From assembly GCA_964428315.1 (NCBI GenBank), contig CAYRXT010000003.1, forward strand, positions 4,151 to 68,150: a DNA stretch of 64,000 nucleotides, given 5' to 3'. Both the position numbers and the translations under genes were made by a program. Source of the stretch: an uncultured Planctomycetales bacterium (GTDB lineage Bacteria; Omnitrophota; Gorgyraeia; Zapsychrales; CAYRXT01). The notes below the pieces were generated by a model. That model was given only the letters and a program-made list of their open reading frames with translations, did no database searches and was not told the origin of the DNA. This document shows, piece by piece, positions 47,793 through 56,745 of this stretch. The number at the start of each line of letters is the position of its first letter. Within the stretch, counting starts at the first letter, position 1.

Positions 47793-48547
47793 GAATCGGC
47801 CTCCTTTTTTGTGCTCGACGGCCTCAGACGCGTGTTCCATCGCTCATTGATTCTTTTAAGTTCCGGCCGCCTGTCCAGCAGCCGGCAAATATCTTCCAGA
47901 AGAAACATCTCCTTTTGCGGATAAAGGGCCTCGATGATCTGCCCGATGAGTTGATAATCCTCTTCGTAATCAAGAGTCAAACGAAGATCCGAAAGATCCC
48001 AGTCACAGCGCGGTCCGTCAACGCGGAACCTCTGCGGATGCCTCAAAACATAAGCCCAGGCATCGGCCCGCCACCTCTTTTTTTTCACTTCCCTATCGAG
48101 CCTCTCCAAGGTTGAAAGGGGCATCACGGCCACATCCATGCCATCGGGAAAACCCCGTGCACTTCCCGTATTCACATAGTCCAACTCCGACTCTCGATCA
48201 CAATAAAAGCGAATCGCTGAATCAATGATACGCGGATCCGTTAACGGACAATCAGCGCCGATCCGCACAATAACATTCCCCTGAAATCGCCTTGCTGCTT
48301 CCAGGTTGCGACTGATAAGATCCGCTTCACTGCCGGCATAAAAGTCGACCCCTTCCGCCTGAGCAAATTCCACAATGGGCGTGTTGGCAGGCGTATCAGC
48401 GGTTGCGATAACAATTTTGTCGATGAATTTGGCATGAGCCATTCGCCGGTATTGATACCATAACAAAGCCCTGTCCAGCACCCTCATAAGCGACTTTCCT
48501 CTAAGTCGGCTCGAGTTAAATCGCGCCTGAATAATTCCTAATCGCAT
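47789..48547 (-). CDS. SpsF-type cytidylyltransferase
   Basis: IIQARFNSSRLRGK, GSEADLISR, ADCPL.DP and RLTLDYEED motifs. Confidence 0.88.
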   Translation of the reverse strand: MRLGIIQARFNSSRLRGKSLMRVLDRALLWYQYRRMAHAKFIDKIVIATADTPANTPIVEFAQAEGVDFYAGSEADLISRNLEAARRFQGNVIVRIGADCPLTDPRIIDSAIRFYCDRESELDYVNTGSARGFPDGMDVAVMPLSTLERLDREVKKKRWRADAWAYVLRHPQRFRVDGPRCDWDLSDLRLTLDYEEDYQLIGQIIEALYPQKEMFLLEDICRLLDRRPELKRINERWNTRLRPSSTKKEADS

Positions 48548-50292
48548 ATCCGAACCCATCGTTTTAGCCTGTTGGACTGCTTCATCTTGTGCAGAATGTG
48601 TTGGATGCGGATACCTTTTTCTAAATCAATCGGGGAATCGGCGTCCCCGTTGACACACTGCACAAAGCATGCGATCTCGCGTTTATATATAGCGTCGATC
48701 TCCTTGGCCCTGCAAAACACTTGCCATCGGTTCTTTTTCACTTCATAGACCTTAACAACACCTTTCAAAAGATCACAAACAATCGCACCCTTTTCACCGA
48801 TTACATCCATTGTCCGCGTTGTGGGTCTCATAATGTAATCCGCGTGGCACTGCATAATAAAATTTTCATGGAATTTAATCAACAACTCGGCAGTATCTTC
48901 CACATCCGTTTTCAAAGAGGTGCGCCTATCCGCCCAACAAAATATTTCTTTCACCTCTCCGAACAAAAACCCTGCATTGAACACGTGATGGCTCAATGTG
49001 TCCAAAATCACGCCGCCTCCAAGGATCCTCCGAGCCCCGTACTCTGTGCTATAATCCTGCGTGGGGTGCCTGTCCGGAAGATAAGAACCGGCAAATGTCT
49101 TGGCTGAAATCAGAGGACCGATAATCCCTGATTGTAATATTTTTTTAACAGTGTTAAGACACTGGCTGAACGCGTTATTATAACCTATAAAAGTAACCAG
49201 CCGCTTCTTTCCGACAATATCGAGAAGACTGTCCAGGCCCCTCATATTATGGGAAAGCGGCTTTTCGATAAAAAGATGACAGCCTTGCTTCGCGGCTTTC
49301 AAGGCGTAGGGGACATGCAGAGAAGTCGGCGTCGTAATGAATACGGCGTCAGGTTTTGATTCCCAGCAGGCCTTCAACTCCGTCAAACATGCAATGTTGG
49401 AAGATATCTTTCTAACCTCAACAAATCGTGAAGGATCAATATCGTAAGCCAAAAGACGTCCGGCCTTCTGGGCCAGCAAATTCTTCAAGTGCCTCTGTCC
49501 GATGGATCCGCACCCGATGACAAGGAACGTCTTGATCCTTCTTTTGGCCTTCTGGATAAAATCCGGATTTCTCTTCTGCGCGGACATCTCTTTAAACATC
49601 GCTTTATGCCGGGAATAATACCGGACGATGTCCTTCAAGCCGAAATTTTCGTTGGCCTTCTTCATGTCCGCGACCATAATGTTGATGGTCTTGAGGTCAA
49701 CGGGATAATCAACAGTCAAATGGATATGGGAATAGTCTTTGTTCAACCGCAATCTGTTGATCTTGAACTCCTTCTGCTGTCTCATCCACCTGTTGGGGAA
49801 TTCGCGGAAAAAAGGATCCTCCAGATTCTTGGCGAGATAACGCAGCAGTGCCCCGGAATAGATTTCCGCGTTGAGCCCGAAGGGAAATGTCAGCGGGATG
49901 TTATTGGTTGTGTACGGCTTTTTGTTCTTCAGGCTTTTGAGAACCATGCGGTCGATCCAGACAGGATCAATCAAAGGACAGTCTCCCCACACGCGCACCA
50001 CCCAGTCCGCCTTAAACTTCCGGCACGCGCCGTCGAGGCGGCCGACGATGTCCTCGTTCGCGCCCCGGGAATACGGGATCTTTTTCCTCTTCAGAAAGGC
50101 CGCCAGCTTATCGTCGCTGGAACGGCGGGTCGTCGCGACACAAACCTGGTCGACCAGGCGGCACTTTTTCAGCCGCCCAGCAATGAATTCGACCATCGGT
50201 TTGCCGCCGATCTTCTTAAGCGGCTTGCCGGGAAGACGGCTGGACCCCATCCTGGACTGAATGAGCGCTATGACCTTTGCCTTCTTCTTCAT
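48538..50292 (-). CDS. SpsF-type cytidylyltransferase fused to a Gfo/Idh/MocA oxidoreductase
   Basis: N-terminal IQSRMGSSRLPGK, GDCPLIDP and LTVDYPVD. C-terminal IGCGSIGQRH, FIEKP and GGGVILD. Confidence 0.88.
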   Translation of the reverse strand: MKKKAKVIALIQSRMGSSRLPGKPLKKIGGKPMVEFIAGRLKKCRLVDQVCVATTRRSSDDKLAAFLKRKKIPYSRGANEDIVGRLDGACRKFKADWVVRVWGDCPLIDPVWIDRMVLKSLKNKKPYTTNNIPLTFPFGLNAEIYSGALLRYLAKNLEDPFFREFPNRWMRQQKEFKINRLRLNKDYSHIHLTVDYPVDLKTINIMVADMKKANENFGLKDIVRYYSRHKAMFKEMSAQKRNPDFIQKAKRRIKTFLVIGCGSIGQRHLKNLLAQKAGRLLAYDIDPSRFVEVRKISSNIACLTELKACWESKPDAVFITTPTSLHVPYALKAAKQGCHLFIEKPLSHNMRGLDSLLDIVGKKRLVTFIGYNNAFSQCLNTVKKILQSGIIGPLISAKTFAGSYLPDRHPTQDYSTEYGARRILGGGVILDTLSHHVFNAGFLFGEVKEIFCWADRRTSLKTDVEDTAELLIKFHENFIMQCHADYIMRPTTRTMDVIGEKGAIVCDLLKGVVKVYEVKKNRWQVFCRAKEIDAIYKREIACFVQCVNGDADSPIDLEKGIRIQHILHKMKQSNRLKRWVRICD

Positions 50293-51464
50293 GAACTTTT
50301 TAACTCCTTCCTCAAACTCTTGATGACATGACGAACCTGCCTGGTGTCCATCCGGGGATGCAACGGGATTGAGACCGTCCCGGCATAATGGCCCTCGGCA
50401 CAGGGAAAGTCCTTGGGGGACAAACGGAAATATTTCCTATAAAACGGCTGACGGTAAAGCGGTATGTAATGGACCTGTGTCTGGACTCCCTTTCTCTGGA
50501 GCCGTTCCATAAACTTTTTCCTCGTCGTTTTCCTTTTCGCGAAATCAACACGCAAGACGTACAGATGCCAGCCGTGCCTTTTCCCCTGCCCTCCGTCGTC
50601 CGGCAGGACCAGTCCGTCAATATCCTGTAAGGCCTCCGAATAGGCCTTCGCGATCTCTGTCCGCTTCGCGATAAAGCCAACCGCCTTTTTGAGCTGGCTC
50701 AGCCCCAGTGCGCACTGAACATCGGTGATGCGGTAATTGAACCCCAGCTCCCGCATCTCGTGATACCACGACCCAACCGAATGCGCCATGCCGGGGGTCT
50801 TGGTAACGCCGTGCGTCCGCAAAGCGCGAAGGCGTTCATAAAAGCCTTTATCATTCGTCGTGATCATGCCGCCTTCACCGGTGGTGATGGTCTTCAGGGG
50901 ATGGAAGCTGAAAACCGTCATGGCCGAGTGCCGGCAGGACCCGACCTTAACCCGGCGCCCCTGATGTCTGTACGCCGCGCCGAGCGCGTGGCAGGCATCC
51001 TCGATGACAGTAAGTTTCCCGCGTTTTGCCGCCGCGGCGATGCGCGGCATATCACAGGGCAGTCCGGCGAAATGGACGGGCAGGACCGCCTTTGTCCTTT
51101 GGTTTATCCTTTTTTCCAGTTCTCCGGGATCGATGTTTCCCGTCCGCAAATCGATATCGGCGAACACCGGACGCCCGCCGGCATAGACAACGGCATTGGC
51201 CGTGGCCATGAAGGTGACAGGCGAGGTGACGGCCTCATCGCCTTTTTTGAGGCCTGCCGCCAGGCAGGCCAGATGGAGCGCCGCCGTCCCGCTCGAGACC
51301 GCCACGGCATAACGGCTCCCGCAATAGCGCGCGAAGGCCTTTTCAAATTCTGCGACCTTCGGCCCCTGTGTCAGCCAGTCTGATTTAAGGACCCGGACGA
51401 CTTCCCGGATATCGTGATCATCAATCGACTGCCTTCCATAGGTAATGCCTTTCTTTGTCCCCAT
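50289..51464 (-). CDS. pseC: UDP-4-amino-4,6-dideoxy-N-acetyl-beta-L-altrosamine transaminase
   Basis: YGRQSIDD.DI, DWLTQGP, EDACHALG, SFHPLKTITTGEGG, GFNYRITD and QVHYIP motifs. Follows pseB. Confidence 0.92.
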   Translation of the reverse strand: MGTKKGITYGRQSIDDHDIREVVRVLKSDWLTQGPKVAEFEKAFARYCGSRYAVAVSSGTAALHLACLAAGLKKGDEAVTSPVTFMATANAVVYAGGRPVFADIDLRTGNIDPGELEKRINQRTKAVLPVHFAGLPCDMPRIAAAAKRGKLTVIEDACHALGAAYRHQGRRVKVGSCRHSAMTVFSFHPLKTITTGEGGMITTNDKGFYERLRALRTHGVTKTPGMAHSVGSWYHEMRELGFNYRITDVQCALGLSQLKKAVGFIAKRTEIAKAYSEALQDIDGLVLPDDGGQGKRHGWHLYVLRVDFAKRKTTRKKFMERLQRKGVQTQVHYIPLYRQPFYRKYFRLSPKDFPCAEGHYAGTVSIPLHPRMDTRQVRHVIKSLRKELKSS

Positions 51465-51466
51465 CC

Positions 51467-52432
51467 TTATTCTTCCTCTTTTGCGATCTTCTGCAATGCC
51501 TCGACAGACAACCATTGCGTGTTGTTGTCACTGCGGTATCCCTCAAAATGCTCGTCCAGAGGCCTGCCTCCGTTTTTGCGTTCCTTGTGGCGGACGACAA
51601 ACGGATACGTGATGAAACGGTCTTCATACTCATACGTGTAGATGCCGTCGTCTTTGGTCACGAGGATCTCGTGAAGTTTTTCCCCGGCGCGGATTCCGAT
51701 AATGTCCTGTTTGCATTCCGGGCAGATGGCGCGCGCCAGATCGGTAATCTTCATGCTGGGGATCTTGGGGATAAACACCTCGCCTCCCTGCATGTCGTCC
51801 ATACATTTCATGACGAATTCAACGCCCCGCTGGAGGGTGATCCAGAAACGCGTCATCCGCTCGTCCGTGATGGGCACCGCGCCCTTTTGGCGGCATTCCA
51901 CGAAAAACGGCACCACGCTTCCCCGCGAACCGAAGACGTTGCCGTAACGGGCCACGCTGAATTTCGTCCCAAAAGGAGAATAATTGTTGGCCGCCACGAA
52001 CATCTTTTCCATGCACAGCTTCGTCGCCCCGTAGAGGTTGATGGGATTCGCAGCCTTGTCCGTGCTCAGGGCGATCAGCTTTTTCACCCCGCAGTCTATG
52101 GCCGTGTTGATCACGTTCTCCGCGCCGATCACGTTGGTCTTGACGGCCTCGAACGGGTTGTATTCCGCCGTCGGGACGATCTTCAGGGCCGCGGCATGGA
52201 CAACGATGTCTACGCCGTTGAACGCCCGTCGAAGCCGCTCGGGATCCCTCACGTCACCGATGAAATAGCGGATGGCGGGGTGAGCGAAATGCTGGCTCAT
52301 CTCGTATTGCTTCATCTCGTCGCGGCTGAAGATGATGAGTTTTTTCGGCCGATGCCTCGAGAGCAGGGTCTCGGTAAATTTTTTGCCGAACGACCCCGTA
52401 CCGCCCGTAACCAAAATGGTCTTTCCGTCCAT
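51467..52432 (-). CDS. pseB: UDP-N-acetylglucosamine 4,6-dehydratase (inverting)
   Basis: TGGTGSFG, SRDEMKQ, AEYNPFE, STDKAANPINLYGATK, GSRGSV, MTRFWI and GEKLHE motifs. Confidence 0.94.
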   Translation of the reverse strand: MDGKTILVTGGTGSFGKKFTETLLSRHRPKKLIIFSRDEMKQYEMSQHFAHPAIRYFIGDVRDPERLRRAFNGVDIVVHAAALKIVPTAEYNPFEAVKTNVIGAENVINTAIDCGVKKLIALSTDKAANPINLYGATKLCMEKMFVAANNYSPFGTKFSVARYGNVFGSRGSVVPFFVECRQKGAVPITDERMTRFWITLQRGVEFVMKCMDDMQGGEVFIPKIPSMKITDLARAICPECKQDIIGIRAGEKLHEILVTKDDGIYTYEYEDRFITYPFVVRHKERKNGGRPLDEHFEGYRSDNNTQWLSVEALQKIAKEEE

Positions 52433-52456
52433 GCGTTCTCCTTCAGTTCTTTTCCG

Positions 52457-54226
52457 TCATTTTTGCAGTGAATCCATCAGATAAAATTTTCCCTTCCTGG
52501 CCAGAAGCTCCTGATAGGTGCCGGCCTCGCAGATCCGTCCGTCTTCAAGGACATAGATCACATCCGCGGTTTTTACCGTCGAAAGCCGGTGGGCCACCAT
52601 GACAATGGTCAGATGGTCCTTGAGTGACTGTATCGTATCCTGGATCATGCGTTCCGATTCCGAATCGAGTTCGCTGGTGGCCTCGTCCAGTATCAGCAGT
52701 TTCGGTTGTGTCAAAAGGGCTCTCGCGATGGCCACGCGCTGGCGCTGTCCTCCGGAAAGTTTGATGCCATTTTCCCCGATCACCGTGTCCCACCTCCTCG
52801 GCCACTGTCCGACAAAATCCAGGATATGGGCCCTTCGCCCGGTCTCTTCCAACAACGCCTCATCGGCAACCGGATTGGCCACGGTCAGGTTTTCCCTGAG
52901 CGTGCCGTCCAGAAGGGACGGCTGCTGCGTCACGTAAGCGATCTTCTTGCGTAACGACCGCTTGTCCAGATCACCATGGGGCACCTCCCCGTAATAGATC
53001 GCACCTTCCTGCGGCGAGATAAGACGGAGAATCAGATCAAGCACCGTTGATTTTCCGGCTCCTGATCCCCCTACAATGGCCACGGTCGTACGCGGTTCGA
53101 CCACCATGTTCAGCCCGTCCAGGACCCTGCCGCCGGCCGGATAAGAAAAAACCACGTCGGTGAAACGGATCGGCTTGTCTTCGCAAAAGGACTGTCCGCC
53201 GTTGTCCTCCTGATGCGCCTCGAGTTCGCCCAGGTGTCTCTGCAGGGAACGGTGCATCGGCATGGTGCTGTCGAGAACGGCGTAGATCGTCGCCAGGGCC
53301 GTGAACTGGGGCGCGATCCGGAAAAAGATCAGCAGGATTACCAACAGCGTCGCGTAATCCAATGACAGCGCCTCATGGAAAAATATGATAAGTAAAAGGA
53401 AGGCCGACGTGGCGACCATGCTCCACATCCGCTGGAATTCCATGTGCACATACTGCCTCTTGTAGGACCGGCTGACCTGCAGGATCAAATCCAGTATCTT
53501 CTTAATGAACGCCCCCCCCAGAAGCGACGTCTTGAAAAATTTTCTGTTCTGCTGGAAACCCGTCATCACGTTGGAGAAGGCCGTCAGCTGGAGATTGTAT
53601 CTGTCCGCTATACGGTAAACGAAGCTTGAATTGATGATGCTGACCAGGCCTATAATGGCGTAAATTCCCAGGGCCAGAAGGGTAACCGGAAAAGATAGTG
53701 TCATCGCTATGGCCAGAAAGACAAAGACCTGGAAAAAGTTGATGAGGACCCGCTGGGCGCTCAGGTGGGCCTCGCTCGCCAGCTGGGCCTCCTGGATCAC
53801 CGCGTAAAAGACGCCGCCCGAGCGGCTCTCGGTCAGCCATAACCAGTCGGCCGTTAAATACCGGTTGAATATCCTTTCCCGGTAGGATCTCAGGAGCCTT
53901 TCTCTGGCAAAGGCCGCGATCAGGCTCGAGACGCTCACCAGCACCTGGCCCGCGATGATAAAAATTCCCGCCGATACCAGCAGGACATGAAAAGACGGCT
54001 CGATACCCATAGCCTGCAGGGGCTTGACGACGAACGGCAGCAGCCCGCCGCCGCCATCCGCCGTTTGACCGCCCCGCATGAATTCCAGGACCGGGATCAG
54101 GACCGGGAGCCCCACGAAACTCGCCGCGCCGCTGACAGCCTGCGTCAAGAGGATCCACCCGAAATACGGCGTCGAAACAATAAGCCGAGATATATATCTC
54201 AGCTTTCTCCAGACCTTATTCAGCAT
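52457..54226 (-). CDS. ABC transporter permease/ATPase fusion (PglK/MsbA-like glycan exporter)
   Basis: TM domain plus GGSGAGKST, LSGGQRQR, ILDEATS and AHRLST. Start moved to ATG 54226. Confidence 0.9.
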   Translation of the reverse strand: MLNKVWRKLRYISRLIVSTPYFGWILLTQAVSGAASFVGLPVLIPVLEFMRGGQTADGGGGLLPFVVKPLQAMGIEPSFHVLLVSAGIFIIAGQVLVSVSSLIAAFARERLLRSYRERIFNRYLTADWLWLTESRSGGVFYAVIQEAQLASEAHLSAQRVLINFFQVFVFLAIAMTLSFPVTLLALGIYAIIGLVSIINSSFVYRIADRYNLQLTAFSNVMTGFQQNRKFFKTSLLGGAFIKKILDLILQVSRSYKRQYVHMEFQRMWSMVATSAFLLLIIFFHEALSLDYATLLVILLIFFRIAPQFTALATIYAVLDSTMPMHRSLQRHLGELEAHQEDNGGQSFCEDKPIRFTDVVFSYPAGGRVLDGLNMVVEPRTTVAIVGGSGAGKSTVLDLILRLISPQEGAIYYGEVPHGDLDKRSLRKKIAYVTQQPSLLDGTLRENLTVANPVADEALLEETGRRAHILDFVGQWPRRWDTVIGENGIKLSGGQRQRVAIARALLTQPKLLILDEATSELDSESERMIQDTIQSLKDHLTIVMVAHRLSTVKTADVIYVLEDGRICEAGTYQELLARKGKFYLMDSLQK

Positions 54227-54443
54227 TTCCAGGCACCACATTTTTTCCGAAGGGGATTCTGTTCCACAACCGCTCATGGACGAAATAAAGAACCATTTTC
54301 ACAAGGGCCTCCACCCCTCCGACAGAGACGGCCAAAACGATCTTCCCGGTAAAAATATATACGATCAATGTCGTGGTCAACGTGGCCAGGCACCGCCAGG
54401 ACAGGGCCTTCAAGAGAGAACGGCGTTTTCTTTCGCTAAACAT
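54216..54443 (-). CDS. DUF2061 small membrane protein
   Basis: RSLLKALSWR...LYFVHERLW signature. GAGG precedes ATG 54443. Confidence 0.85.
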   Translation of the reverse strand: MFSERKRRSLLKALSWRCLATLTTTLIVYIFTGKIVLAVSVGGVEALVKMVLYFVHERLWNRIPFGKNVVPGNAE

Positions 54444-54454
54444 ATGACCTCGCT

Positions 54455-55168
54455 TTATTGATAAAATCCCCGCACATAATTCATTTTCATCAACACCAGG
54501 GCCCAAAGTGAACCCGTAATATCCCGAAATAACCGAACCTTGGAGCGCCGGTCGTTTCGCCACAGCACCGGGACCTCGCAGATATTCAGACGGTGAAGCA
54601 GCGCGATATAAATCAGTTCCGTGTCAAAGGCCCAGCTGCAGATCCTCTGCCGAGAAAAAATAATCTCCGCCGCCTGCCGGGAATACATTTTAAAACCGCA
54701 GGTGAAATCGCTGATGCGCGAACCGGTCATCCACTGCGAGAGCCGCCGGAATCCCTCACCGAAAAATCTGCGCGCCCAGGGCTGTTTCTCCTGATAGGAA
54801 TCGCTTCTCATCCGCCGGCTTCCGATAATGACATCACAGTGATCTTCATCGGCCTTCTTCATAAATTCTTCAACCGCCCGCAGATCCGTCGAAAGATCAA
54901 CATCCATGAACAAACGGTAATCCCCCCCGGCCCGCTGCATCCCGTGACGGATCGCGTACCCCTTGCCGCGGTTCTGTTCATATCCGGCAACCCGGACCGT
55001 ATCCGACTCCAGACTTTGGGCAATCTCCCTCGTCCTGTCGTTCGAGCCATCGTCCACAATGATGATCTCATAACCCATATCCAGCGCATCCAGCTTTTCC
55101 TGTAGTGAGGCCACGTTCCTGGATAATGTCATCTCCTCATTGAAAGCGGGTAAAATCACAGACAGCAA
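54455..55168 (-). CDS. Dolichyl/polyprenyl-phosphate beta-glucosyltransferase-like GT2
   Basis: LPAFNEE, VDDGSND, NRGKGYA, FMDVDLST, DFTCGFK and WAFDTE motifs. GGAGGG precedes TTG 55168. Confidence 0.9.
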   Translation of the reverse strand: MLSVILPAFNEEMTLSRNVASLQEKLDALDMGYEIIIVDDGSNDRTREIAQSLESDTVRVAGYEQNRGKGYAIRHGMQRAGGDYRLFMDVDLSTDLRAVEEFMKKADEDHCDVIIGSRRMRSDSYQEKQPWARRFFGEGFRRLSQWMTGSRISDFTCGFKMYSRQAAEIIFSRQRICSWAFDTELIYIALLHRLNICEVPVLWRNDRRSKVRLFRDITGSLWALVLMKMNYVRGFYQ

Positions 55169-55190
55169 TGTTCTCCCTCCGTCACTCCGG

Positions 55191-56369
55191 TCAAGTATGC
55201 CCAGCGGTCCCGGCCTTCCTTCTCCTCCAGCCGATCCCTTGCGCAATAACGGAATCCCAGCACCATCCCACAAAAAAGGCATAAAGGGCCATAACCCAAA
55301 CTATTTGCCTATGCAGAAACCAGTATCCGGCATGCAAATCGGCAAGGAGTTTCAACTGGATCGGTACAATGACCACAATCAGAAAGAAACCGACCTGCCG
55401 ATAGCGTTCTTTATGGGGTATGATAAAGGCCAGCAGAATTCCGTTAATAAGCCATTTCAATTTCTTGACCCCCGTCATGTTGCCGAACACGGTCCTCAGG
55501 AAGTTGTTCAAATTGACGATAGGATTGGGAATATAATCGAAGGTGTTCATTCCCACTTTGGTGGCGAAAGAATAGGACAGCGTGGTGCCTCCGGTGGCAT
55601 ACCAGAAAAAAACCAGCATCCCGGCAAGGCCGAAAGGCCACCAGCCGCGCACGACGGATCGGCAAACATCCTTCAGCGGCCTGTGCTCAGTTTCGGACAG
55701 CACAAAAAACAACAGGCAGCAGCCGATTATCATTATGCCGTAGGCATGGTACATCACTGTGAGGACAAGGAACAAGCCGATCATGGTCTTGCGCAGAGAG
55801 CCCAGCCTTTCCGGCCGGACAATCTTATCCCCGAGATAAAAAACAATCAGGGCCAGGGTCGGCAAAACCGCGTACGGTCTGAATTCGAAGGCATGATAGA
55901 CCAGGTTTTTGTTTAAGCTGTATAGGGCAAAGGCCGCCGTGAATCCCGCGAGCGTCCTGAAATATTGGCGGCAAAGCAGATAGAGCACGATAAACCCGGC
56001 TATGCTGAACAGGATATGCGGGATCGCCAATCCCCATTTGTTGTGGCCAAAGATCTGGACGAAAGGATAATTGAGCAGATACTCTCCTGGAAAACAGGTG
56101 CGTTCCCCGTATGTCAGCCTTAACCAGAAGGGTTTGAACGGGCCGAGGGTGTTCTTGATCTGGTTCAACTCGTCGGTCCAGAGATTCCTGTTCGCCAGAG
56201 TCTGAAAACGCCAATAAAGACCAACCATCGTGAAAACGAGAGCCACGATCGGCCTGATAGACCGGCTATGCCATTTACCTTTATTGTTTCGGCAAAAACG
56301 GCCGAGCCATTTTCTGATTCCCGGTACTGGCGGCCAATCAGAAAAGCGCCGGGCGCGTCCCCCTTCCAT
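55191..56369 (-). CDS. Putative GT-C (GT39/GT83-like) membrane glycosyltransferase
   Basis: TM followed by LWTDE, later EFRPYA, and many TMs. Start uncertain: ATG 56369 chosen, but the frame is open to 56585. Confidence 0.65.
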   Translation of the reverse strand: MEGGRARRFSDWPPVPGIRKWLGRFCRNNKGKWHSRSIRPIVALVFTMVGLYWRFQTLANRNLWTDELNQIKNTLGPFKPFWLRLTYGERTCFPGEYLLNYPFVQIFGHNKWGLAIPHILFSIAGFIVLYLLCRQYFRTLAGFTAAFALYSLNKNLVYHAFEFRPYAVLPTLALIVFYLGDKIVRPERLGSLRKTMIGLFLVLTVMYHAYGIMIIGCCLLFFVLSETEHRPLKDVCRSVVRGWWPFGLAGMLVFFWYATGGTTLSYSFATKVGMNTFDYIPNPIVNLNNFLRTVFGNMTGVKKLKWLINGILLAFIIPHKERYRQVGFFLIVVIVPIQLKLLADLHAGYWFLHRQIVWVMALYAFFVGWCWDSVIAQGIGWRRRKAGTAGHT

Positions 56370-56597
56370 TCCCGAGGGATCTCCCGGCCTTTCCCCGTCG
56401 TATGCGAGAAACAGGCAGTATCCCTGCCGGATGAAAGGACGGGACATCATCCTGATATTGGCCAGTGAAAGGCAGATGCGGCGGGCAAGGCGGTTTCGGC
56501 TTCCGGATGCATGTGGCGCAAAGGCAGAAATGAGCTCTAACTCTTTTTGCTTGAGCATGTTTATTGTCTTAAAAATAATGTTCAATGATTGAACAAC

Positions 56598-56625
56598 ATT
56601 ATAAACATACCAGCTTGAGTGTCAA
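56598..56625 (-). promoter_or_regulatory. Consensus sigma70-type promoter facing the glycan cluster
   Basis: The minus strand reads TTGACA-CTCAAGCTGGTATGTT-TATAAT (16-nt spacer) in an AT-rich intergenic region. Confidence 0.8.
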
Positions 56626-56745
56626 GAAATAAACGGAGAGCAATTTATATGAAATAGTTTATAACTTACTGCAAATACAATAGTTGCAAATATCCTGGCC
56701 CGGGGGTGGATTTTTTTTCATATAAGTACTAATAGTTCTAGTATG

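Noticed and set aside
11385-55282. Apparent long gene overlaps from ORF-track N-terminal extensions (e.g. 12380, 18252, 23561, 28555, 55282)
   Set aside because: Downstream starts with an RBS or stop/start coupling fit the family N-termini better, so these overlaps are artefacts.
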